From IMG/VR virus record IMGVR_UViG_3300035208_003016: a stretch of DNA of 20,000 nucleotides. One strand, 5' to 3'. This stretch comes from an uncultured virus (IMG/VR IMGVR_UViG_3300035208_003016) (lineage: Duplodnaviria; Heunggongvirae; Uroviricota; Caudoviricetes). The position numbers were made by a program, and so were the translations under genes. Below are positions 8,785-15,618 of the stretch, piece by piece. The notes under the pieces were generated by a model. It had not been told where the DNA came from and ran no database searches. It saw nothing but the letters and a program-made list of their open reading frames with translations. Positions within the stretch are counted from its first letter, which is position 1. Each line of letters starts with the position of its first letter.

Positions 8785-8878
8785 AATGAGAAAATCTATT
8801 AAAGTTATGGCCCATGCCGTATAAGAAAAATCTTATACTTAGAATCGAACTAAGAAGTAGCTCTAATATACACTCATT
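8785..8878 (-). ncRNA. YrlA-type Y RNA (element 3; miniature D arm)
   Basis: AAUGAG/CUCAUU stem, UACUUC, T arm CUUAG-UUCGAUU-CUAAG, hairpin UAUAAGA/UCUUAUA, GGC-AUGG-GCC. Confidence 0.8.
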
Positions 8879-8891
8879 ATAATTTACAAAA

Positions 8892-8972
8892 AGTGGGAAA
8901 ATTTAAAAGTCTTGGTAAGTTTCCTTACCTTCTGATATGTATAGTAGAAGTAAGACTTTTTAAACACCCACT
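8892..8972 (-). ncRNA. Y-RNA-like element 4 (GNRA hairpin module)
   Basis: AGUGGG/CCCACU and AAAAGUCU/AGACUUUU stems, UACUUC, apical GGUAAG-GAAA-CUUACC. Confidence 0.75.
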
Positions 8973-8980
8973 AAATTAAA

Positions 8981-9116
8981 TAAGATCGACAAAAATTATA
9001 GCAGTCTTTTTATACGGTCGCCTTACCACTTGGCTATAGATAACAAGTTATCTAGTAAGATTCGAACTTACGGTAACTGTTCCAATGGAAGTATCTGCTA
9101 AAAACATCCGACCTTA
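8981..9116 (-). ncRNA. yrlA: YrlA-type Y RNA (element 5; circularly permuted tRNA mimic)
   Basis: UAAGGUCGG/UCGAUCUUA and UAGCAG/CUGCUA stems, UACUUC, T arm GUAAG-UUCGAAU-CUUAC, hairpin UAGAUAA/UUAUCUA, D arm UAGCCAAGUGGUAAGGC. Confidence 0.88.
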
Positions 9117-9119
9117 AAG

Positions 9120-9524
9120 TTACTGTTTTGATTTGAAATGCAATTCTCTATGACAATTTGCACATAAAATTATACATTTATCTATTTCTTCTAATATTTT
9201 TGTCTTTGAACATCTTCCCATCATTGATACTTCAAAATCTTTATTAGCTGGATCTACATGATGAAAATCTAACACATACCATCTATCATCTCTGCAGTTT
9301 TTACAAGATAAAGTTTTCTTTAAGTCAATATACCACTCTCGTATTCCATTTTCGTATGTCTTTCTTGTATTTTTTTCTTCTATTTTATGATCTTGATAAT
9401 ATTTTAGTCTTCTTTTAGTTGAACAGTCAATACAGTACGGTTGTAGTACTGTTTTGGTTTTTAATTTTCTTTTCCAAAATTTATCATCATCTAAATGTCT
9501 ATTACATTTTTTGCAATATTTCAT
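9120..9524 (-). CDS. HNH endonuclease-like protein with Zn-ribbon CxxC pairs
   Basis: CKKC, CIDC, CKNC, LDFHHVDP, KC.ILCANCHRE.H; strong AGGAGG RBS. Confidence 0.85.
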   Translation of the reverse strand: MKYCKKCNRHLDDDKFWKRKLKTKTVLQPYCIDCSTKRRLKYYQDHKIEEKNTRKTYENGIREWYIDLKKTLSCKNCRDDRWYVLDFHHVDPANKDFEVSMMGRCSKTKILEEIDKCIILCANCHRELHFKSKQ

Positions 9525-9592
9525 AGTGACCTCCTATATTTAGTATAGGCTGTCATTTATATTTTTGATTGACAATCAAGTGCATTAACCAA

Positions 9593-9868
9593 CTATGCTA
9601 ATATATCATTAAAGTATCCGTTTTCAAAATCATTCAATAAATGTACACCATTAGTAAAATTATATTTAAAATCTGTAGATTTTACATATTCAAGAAAAAG
9701 TGGTTGTTCAGTAACAGAAAAACCATCATAACTACCATTTTTAAATATAACGCTTATTGCAGTACCAAGTCCATCAAAGTCTGGATATTCGTCATAAACG
9801 TATCCTAGAGTATTTATTGGATTTGCTAGACAAAGTACTTTAAGTTTTACTATATCTCCAATTTTCAT
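9593..9868 (-). CDS. hypothetical phage protein
   Basis: 91-aa ORF beginning MKIGDIVK; AAGGA RBS. Confidence 0.7.
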   Translation of the reverse strand: MKIGDIVKLKVLCLANPINTLGYVYDEYPDFDGLGTAISVIFKNGSYDGFSVTEQPLFLEYVKSTDFKYNFTNGVHLLNDFENGYFNDILA

Positions 9869-9890
9869 AAAAATCCTTAAATAAATTATA

Positions 9891-10013
9891 ATATAATGAA
9901 AAAAGCTAGAACAGAGATTGTCGGCTATACGACTTTAAGTATTACTTAAAGCTCTGAATTTCACGTTTATACAAATTATAAAAGAAGTAACTGTTCTAAA
10001 ACATCCATTATAT
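9891..10013 (-). ncRNA. Y-RNA-like element 6 (multi-hairpin module)
   Basis: AUAUAAUG/CAUUAUAU and UAGAACAG/CUGUUCUA stems, UACUUC, GCUUUU loop, hairpins CUUUAAGU/ACUUAAAG and GUCG/CGAC. Confidence 0.75.
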
Positions 10014-10037
10014 CATAAAAATTAAAAATAAATTAAG

Positions 10038-10397
10038 CTATGTAATATTTATCTTTTCCCATAAAAATGGTATATAAGTTGCTCTTATTCCAACATTACC
10101 TAGAACATTAAGCATTGCTGCTGCTCCAATATTATTAGCAGTATGAATAAATATCTTGTCTGGAGCATGTTCTGGATTATTTGCTATCCAATTAGCAACT
10201 TCATATCCAGTACCTTCACCAGGTACATCAAAAGTATCACCAAGATCATGATCTAACATGAGATAATCATACTTATTATTTTTAAGAAGATCTATTGCTT
10301 CTTTAGGTATGTCTGTAAAAGTTACATTACAATCAATAAGACGCTTTTTAAATTGAAATATACGTTCAGCATTATCTTCAAGTATTAGTATTTTCAT
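10038..10397 (-). CDS. cyclic-phosphate-processing receiver (cREC-like) domain protein
   Basis: ILILEDN.ER, LDHDLG, GTGYEVA.WI and IHTAN..GA..M motifs. Confidence 0.8.
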   Translation of the reverse strand: MKILILEDNAERIFQFKKRLIDCNVTFTDIPKEAIDLLKNNKYDYLMLDHDLGDTFDVPGEGTGYEVANWIANNPEHAPDKIFIHTANNIGAAAMLNVLGNVGIRATYIPFLWEKINIT

Positions 10398-10834
10398 TTT
10401 AATCTTTCATTTATAAGTTGACTTATTCTTTTACTATCAAACAAACCTTTAGTCTGAGACATAACTTGCTTTATTACTAAACCCATTTCTTTTTTAGAAG
10501 TAGCATTTAAAGTTTTAATACTTTCGTTTATAATATCAGTTACTTCTTGTTCAGACATTTGTTTTGGTTGATATCTTTTGAGTATATCTATTTCATTTTG
10601 TTCTTTGGTTACTAGATCTTGTCTGTTGCCTTTAATGAACATTTCAATTGATTCTTCATGTTGTTTAATACTTTTGTTTACGATACTTATAACAAGATCA
10701 TCTGTTATTTCTAAACGTTTATTAAGTTTTTGAAGTTGTATGTCTGAGTCTAGAGTTCTTAGAACAGTAGTTTCACCGTTTTTAGTTTTCATACTTGTAA
10801 TTATATCAAATTTAATTTGTTCATAAATAGACAT
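10394..10834 (-). CDS. yqeY: GatB/YqeY domain protein
   Basis: Start moved to MSIYEQIK (AAGGA RBS; the track extension runs through tRNA-Gly); KQHEESIEMFIKGNRQDLV.KEQNEI.IL..Y.PKQMSE, KKEMG.V.K.VM. Confidence 0.92.
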   Translation of the reverse strand: MSIYEQIKFDIITSMKTKNGETTVLRTLDSDIQLQKLNKRLEITDDLVISIVNKSIKQHEESIEMFIKGNRQDLVTKEQNEIDILKRYQPKQMSEQEVTDIINESIKTLNATSKKEMGLVIKQVMSQTKGLFDSKRISQLINERLK

Positions 10835-10850
10835 AAATGTTCCTTTAAAG

Positions 10851-10924
10851 TGCAGTAAGTAAGATTTGAACTTACGATATTCTGTTTGGAAGACAGACTC
10901 CTTAACCAACTGGGATATTACTGC
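10851..10924 (-). tRNA. tRNA-Gly (UCC)
   Basis: Acceptor GCAGUAA/UUACUGC, anticodon arm UCUGU-CUUCCAA-ACAGA, T arm GUAAG-UUCAAAU-CUUAC; discriminator A; CCA not encoded. Confidence 0.88.
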
Positions 10925-11226
10925 ATAAAAGTTATAGGTGATTGAAATTCTTTGTTTTCTTTTTTTTCAGGAAGAACTTTAGCTAAAATGAGTTCTCGTT
11001 CAATGACTTCTATAAATATACGATTCCAAGCGCTATCAATAGATAATAAAATAAGTTCATTATTAGCTATAAATATTAATTTTTTATGATAACCTTTTTT
11101 TGTTTTTTCATTATAAATTTCAGTTATATTATTTTTATTTAAAAATTCTGTTAATTCATTATAGTTTATGCTTTTATAATTTTGTTTAAAATCATTATCA
11201 ACTGATAATATACATAATTTTTTCAT
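10918..11226 (-). CDS. hypothetical protein
   Basis: 102-aa ORF; last 7 nt overlap the tRNA-Gly 5' end. Confidence 0.6.
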   Translation of the reverse strand: MKKLCILSVDNDFKQNYKSINYNELTEFLNKNNITEIYNEKTKKGYHKKLIFIANNELILLSIDSAWNRIFIEVIERELILAKVLPEKKENKEFQSPITFMQ

Positions 11227-11228
11227 AT

Positions 11229-11360
11229 TTATTCAATCAATTCTTCAAAGAGATCATTAAGATTTTGTTCTTCATTAAAACTTTCAGCACAAGCAGTACA
11301 TAAATCTTCACTATCACATTCATCTGGTTCAATAACGTCACCACAGCAACTACAATACAT
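11229..11360 (-). CDS. small acidic Cys-rich protein (43 aa)
   Basis: MYCSCCGDVIEPDECDSEDLCTACAESF...; fills the gap between two genes; AGGAG RBS. Confidence 0.55.
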   Translation of the reverse strand: MYCSCCGDVIEPDECDSEDLCTACAESFNEEQNLNDLFEELIE

Positions 11361-11363
11361 ATA

Positions 11364-11957
11364 TTACTCCTCTAGATCTAATTTCATTTGATCTTTTAAG
11401 ATCTTATTTTGTTTAATATCATAAAGTTCTCTATCTTCATATCGATGTTTTGCTCTCCAACCCATAATTTTAGTACCAATGTCCCAAAGTGCATTGCGTT
11501 TTATATGATGATAAAGTTCTGTTTTACAATAACTATATATTTCTACATAATTCTTTTTTATTATAGGCTTTATATATTGTCTAAGACTTGGAAGTAATCT
11601 TACTCCAAATATTATATCCGTATCATAATAAAATGATTTATTTGGTTCTTTATAAATTGTAGATTTATGGTCAAAACATGATTTTTGTGAGATACTTAAT
11701 TTATCAAATATTTGTTTAGATATTATAAGTTCGGGTTCTTTATAGTCATCTAGAGTTTGTATATAAGTTTCTTTAAAAAGTGGTACAATTTCACAAAGTT
11801 CTTTTCCTAAAGGGTGTTTTTTACCAGTTCGACTGACTGTATATTTAACTACATAACCTTTTTGATTATAAAAATCCTTTTCTCTGTTTTCAGTAGAACT
11901 ATCTTTGAGTATTTTTCTTATCTTTTTATGTTTATAATATTTTTTACTTTTAAACAT
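11364..11957 (-). CDS. basic hypothetical protein
   Basis: 197-aa Lys-rich ORF with GGAG RBS. Confidence 0.7.
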   Translation of the reverse strand: MFKSKKYYKHKKIRKILKDSSTENREKDFYNQKGYVVKYTVSRTGKKHPLGKELCEIVPLFKETYIQTLDDYKEPELIISKQIFDKLSISQKSCFDHKSTIYKEPNKSFYYDTDIIFGVRLLPSLRQYIKPIIKKNYVEIYSYCKTELYHHIKRNALWDIGTKIMGWRAKHRYEDRELYDIKQNKILKDQMKLDLEE

Positions 11958-11974
11958 TATATCTCCAAATAAAC

Positions 11975-12199
11975 TAAATGTAGTTCTTTTATATGTTCAA
12001 TTTCTTTCCAGAGCTGGATAAATGACATTGTAACATTGTTGTCTAACACTTCTATTAATAGCTAATTAATAGTCATTCCAGATGCGCCTTTAACAATATT
12101 ATAAGTTCTACTAAAATCGCGTTATGGGTTTAGGCAGTGTCCCATTAGTATACTATTATAATATTATAACCTAAGTTATATATAAAAGAACTACATTTA
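11975..12199. ncRNA. candidate structured RNA bounded by a perfect 20-bp inverted repeat
   Basis: TAAATGTAGTTCTTTTATAT (11975-11994) / ATATAAAAGAACTACATTTA (12180-12199); several internal hairpins; no ORF in the track. Confidence 0.5.
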
Positions 12200-12201
12200 A
12201 G

Positions 12202-12417
12202 TTACCAATTGTATCTTTTATGACAATATATGATTCCAATAGTCATACATATTGATCCAATTATAGTAGAATAAATAGCATTCCAATGCATATTTGTTTC
12301 AATAGCAAACCCAAGAGCTACTAGAAATGCTGAAACACCAAATATAAAACTAAATAATCCTAAAGAATCTTTAATAAAAGTATAATCTTTTTTAACTAAT
12401 TCTTTTTCTTTTAACAT
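12202..12417 (-). CDS. small membrane protein with two hydrophobic segments
   Basis: 71 aa with two hydrophobic helices; AGGAG RBS. Confidence 0.7.
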   Translation of the reverse strand: MLKEKELVKKDYTFIKDSLGLFSFIFGVSAFLVALGFAIETNMHWNAIYSTIIGSICMTIGIIYCHKRYNW

Positions 12418-12425
12418 AATATCTC

Positions 12426-13544
12426 CTATTCATATGTTCTTATTACAATTCCACGAGCATGACAAGGAATTAAATCTTTCGAAAAATATTGGAATCTTAC
12501 TGTCAAAGGTTGACCAATAAGAGAATTAATATTATCTAACCATTCCTTTCTCTTACTACGACTACCTTTTGGTCTAACGTCAAACTCTTTACCTTCTTTA
12601 GTTTTACATCTAAATACAACGGTCCCAATATCATCACCGTCTGCACTTACACCACCAATAATTTCGAATTCATCCTCTAAGAAATCTTTTTTCTTGAGTA
12701 AATCTATACTACGATGGTTAAATTTATAAAGTCCATGTTTATTTCTGATCATTGATCCTTCAAAACCAAGACTTGTAAATTGTTTATGATATTTTTCAAT
12801 ATCTTCCATACATGTAACTTCATATGATGGAACTTCAACTAACTTTCCATATTTTCTAAATCCAAATTCATTTTTTTCTGTAGATTGGTTAAAAAACTCT
12901 TTAATAGTTTTATATCGATCGTCGTAGATTACTTCTTTTTTTGGAATATCAAATATCCAATATTCTAAATTTGGAGTATCTTTATTATATTTTTTACAAG
13001 CAGAAGTGATATCTTGTAATGGAAGACCGTGAAGATAAGCTTCACCATCTCCATTTTCTAATACTTTTAAAAGTTCTTTAGTATCTAGATGTAGATGTTC
13101 TAAAGCAGGATATTCTTTTCCTTTTTTAGATTTAAGTAGTATTTTATTATCTACTTCTTCTGAAGTTAATCTGTTACCATCAAGTTTTGGACTAATATAT
13201 GCTGGAAGTACTATTTTATGAGCATATTTAGTTATATTTTGAGCTTTCATTGGTAATGGTACTGTGATATTTATATCTTCAATATCTTCTACATATCCTT
13301 CATCAAGTTTTTTATTAAGTTTACTTTGAGCTTCATTAAGACCTTGTTGCCAAGGAGTGGTCTCATTACTTTTTCCAATATTGACAGATTTAATTTCTTT
13401 AGAAGATGTAGTTTGTTTACCATCTTGATATCCATGTGTAACTTCTAATGTTACGGTTTCTCCAGTTTTATTTACTTCACATTGCCATATTTTTGTCTTA
13501 TCATTAGAAGCTTTAGCATATATTGGACCAAATTGTTGTTTCAT
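12426..13544 (-). CDS. lig: ATP-dependent DNA ligase
   Basis: Motif I SPKLDGNR, III DGEAY, IIIa YWIFD, IV EGSMIR, V LLKKK, C-terminal OB fold. Confidence 0.92.
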   Translation of the reverse strand: MKQQFGPIYAKASNDKTKIWQCEVNKTGETVTLEVTHGYQDGKQTTSSKEIKSVNIGKSNETTPWQQGLNEAQSKLNKKLDEGYVEDIEDINITVPLPMKAQNITKYAHKIVLPAYISPKLDGNRLTSEEVDNKILLKSKKGKEYPALEHLHLDTKELLKVLENGDGEAYLHGLPLQDITSACKKYNKDTPNLEYWIFDIPKKEVIYDDRYKTIKEFFNQSTEKNEFGFRKYGKLVEVPSYEVTCMEDIEKYHKQFTSLGFEGSMIRNKHGLYKFNHRSIDLLKKKDFLEDEFEIIGGVSADGDDIGTVVFRCKTKEGKEFDVRPKGSRSKRKEWLDNINSLIGQPLTVRFQYFSKDLIPCHARGIVIRTYE

Positions 13545-13552
13545 AATTATCC

Positions 13553-14212
13553 TTAATTAGTAAATAAACCTTTACTAAAACTTTCAAGTTTAATATCATC
13601 ATTTGATGTTGTTGATCGTGTACTCATATATCTTACTGAAGCAGTGTTAACATTATTCCACATATCTGTTGTTCCAGTAGAATCGCTAGAATATTTAAGT
13701 GAACTTCCTCCAGCTAAATTTAAAGTATATTTTACTACTGAAAGATCTTGATTAGCTCCGATGTAATTTATTGTCCATCGTTTTGTATCTAGACGTTCAG
13801 AGATCATTTCTGAAATTTGTTTACTGTTATATTCTACTGAACAGTTTTCTGCTCCATCACTTATGATTAAAATAACGTAAGTTGTAAAATCATTATCAAT
13901 TATGCTATTTTTCATTTCATTAAGTAATTTAGCAACACCGTCGTACATTGCTGTTGTACCATTAGGATTATAATCTTTATCTGTAAAATCAACGATGTTA
14001 TTTATAGGTGTAGCATTAAACACTGTAGAAATATTATCTCTACTTGAAAATTTAACAAGGGTAAGTGTGGTTTCAATGTCTGAAAACTTTTTATATTCTT
14101 GTATGTGTTCATTAAGTCCAGAAACCGTTTCTCGTCTGGAACTAGCCATACTACCACTTTCGTCTAGTGCAATGCCTATATGTACTATTTTTTTATCAGC
14201 TCTAAGATTCAT
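13553..14212 (-). CDS. von Willebrand factor A (vWA) domain protein
   Basis: MIDAS ALDESGSM, GTTAMYDG, IISDGAENCS, YIGANQD. Confidence 0.9.
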   Translation of the reverse strand: MNLRADKKIVHIGIALDESGSMASSRRETVSGLNEHIQEYKKFSDIETTLTLVKFSSRDNISTVFNATPINNIVDFTDKDYNPNGTTAMYDGVAKLLNEMKNSIIDNDFTTYVILIISDGAENCSVEYNSKQISEMISERLDTKRWTINYIGANQDLSVVKYTLNLAGGSSLKYSSDSTGTTDMWNNVNTASVRYMSTRSTTSNDDIKLESFSKGLFTN

Positions 14213-14743
14213 TGTATGTCCTCCAATGTGTTTGTTAATTTATTTGTCATTTCTACTAATTTATTAGAATCATCTATTCTAAGATTAATAGTTTTTTTAA
14301 TGTTCATATATTTTTGAATATCATTTACTTGTTCTTTAATATCTTTAAGTACTTGTTGATTTGTTTGAACATATGAACTTATACAATTTCTAATTTGAGT
14401 AAGATATTCTATATTTATTTCTAATTGTTCAAATTTTCTTATTTTATTAGTTATTTCTTTTGAATAATTAACAGTATTATCTATATTATAACATCTATGA
14501 TCTAGCTCAATTATAACATCTATGATCTAGCTCATTAACATCTATTTTTAAACTTTGTATAGATTCTTGTATTTCTTTGTATTGTTCTTGATTCATATCT
14601 AGTTCTTTTAGTAATAAACTTTCTATGATTTCTGTACATATTGGACAAAATTCATCAGAATTATGTCTATCAAGGATACCTCTAAGTATTGTTTTATCAT
14701 TTAGTGATATTCCTGGATGTGATGTTATAATATCTTTATTCAT
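14209..14743 (-). pseudogene. coiled-coil-like hypothetical gene frameshifted by a 25-bp tandem duplication
   Basis: The frame from ATG 14743 stops at 14507 inside the repeat; deleting one copy gives a 169-aa ORF ending in an ATGA overlap with the vWA start. Confidence 0.75.
14485..14534. repeat. perfect 2 x 25-bp tandem repeat ATTATAACATCTATGATCTAGCTCA
   Basis: Copies at 14485-14509 and 14510-14534, followed by a partial TAACATCTAT. Confidence 0.95.
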
Positions 14744-14991
14744 TTTAAGTTCTCTAATGCGCATTTAATATTATCTAGATCATATAAAATGCCGTCAATC
14801 TTTTCTTTATTTAAGGCTGGTTCTTCATGTATGTCATAATCAAATTTAAGTTCTTGATTAAGTAATGCATCAATAATATCAGAGGCAATTGGTCCAAATT
14901 CATCAGTATTATATTTAGATAAGATATTATATAATATATTTTTATTTTCAAGAGTTATTTGATTATTACATGATATGTATGATTTATTCAT
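14740..14991 (-). CDS. hypothetical protein, paralogue of the adjacent gene's N-terminus
   Basis: Shared MNK..I.....I.L..K.IL..IL...N.DEF.PI...II..LL..EL pattern. Confidence 0.7.
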   Translation of the reverse strand: MNKSYISCNNQITLENKNILYNILSKYNTDEFGPIASDIIDALLNQELKFDYDIHEEPALNKEKIDGILYDLDNIKCALENLK

Positions 14992-15006
14992 ATAAATCCT
15001 TTATAA

Positions 15007-15092
15007 TGCGGAAGGCGAGATTTGAACTCGCATGAAGCAATTGCTTCCTAAGATTTTAAGTCTTATTTGTAAACCAATTCCAACACAACCGC
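15007..15092 (-). tRNA. tRNA-Leu (UAA)
   Basis: Anticodon arm UAAGA-CUUAAAA-UCUUA, long variable arm GAAGC/GCUUC, T arm GCGAG-UUCAAAU-CUCGC; acceptor GCGGUUG/CUUCCGC has two U-U mismatches. Confidence 0.85.
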
Positions 15093-15098
15093 ATAAAA

Positions 15099-15401
15099 TT
15101 ATTTAAATATTATTCCAGTAGATTTTTCTTCTTCTTTTTTATCAAAATTATAAGTTTCTACATATTTTCTATTAGGATCAGTACCATTAGGAAATGTTTT
15201 AGTACTAGTAATGTTTATAGGAAATTCTTCAACAATTTCTTCAATTACTTTTATTTTAACTATTTTAACGTGTTCATCTAGATAATAACTACAAACATGT
15301 CTACTTCCATAACTAGCTTTACCTAGAGAAGTATAAAAATCTTGTTTACCAATAGAATTTCCATCTTTATTAATTATTCTATAAGTTATATATTCTTTCA
15401 T
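15099..15401 (-). CDS. hypothetical protein
   Basis: Probable start MKEYIT immediately after the upstream stop. Confidence 0.6.
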   Translation of the reverse strand: MKEYITYRIINKDGNSIGKQDFYTSLGKASYGSRHVCSYYLDEHVKIVKIKVIEEIVEEFPINITSTKTFPNGTDPNRKYVETYNFDKKEEEKSTGIIFK

Positions 15402-15402
15402 A

Positions 15403-15618
15403 TTAATTATAGTTAATTTCTGCAAATTTTATTGGTTTTGTAGATTTATGTTTTACATCAATACGTCGTTTAGCTAGACCACCAACCATGAGTTCATGTC
15501 CACCAATGAATTGATGAACATCATGCATCAGTTTTTGTAGGTCTTCTTGTTTTCCAATGAGATCGAATTTTGTTGTTTTTTTGTACAGGATTACTTTTTT
15601 GCTTTTTATTTCTTTCAT
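15403..15618 (-). CDS. hypothetical protein
   Basis: 71-aa ORF with GGAGG RBS. Confidence 0.6.
   Translation of the reverse strand: MKEIKSKKVILYKKTTKFDLIGKQEDLQKLMHDVHQFIGGHELMVGGLAKRRIDVKHKSTKPIKFAEINYN

Noticed and set aside
8335..9116. CRISPR array or simple repeat interpretation of the recurring GAAGTA units
   Set aside because: Only about 6 nt are identical, unit lengths vary from 63 to 136 nt, conservation is structural, and there are no cas genes in the window.
8649..9116. Canonical tRNA genes, suggested by TTCGA loops and D arms
   Set aside because: Arms are in permuted order (T before D), there is no anticodon loop, and the acceptor is closed by a loop.
9536..9590. Sigma70 promoter upstream of the HNH gene
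   Set aside because: TATACT is present on the minus strand but no -35 at proper spacing; the plus-strand TTGACA has no matching -10.
10038..10397. Ordinary two-component response regulator
   Set aside because: LDHDLG and HxAN motifs fit the cyclic-phosphate-processing variant; no kinase or output domain nearby.
10835..10909. N-terminal extension of YqeY
   Set aside because: Lies within tRNA-Gly; the RBS and domain boundary support the start at 10834.
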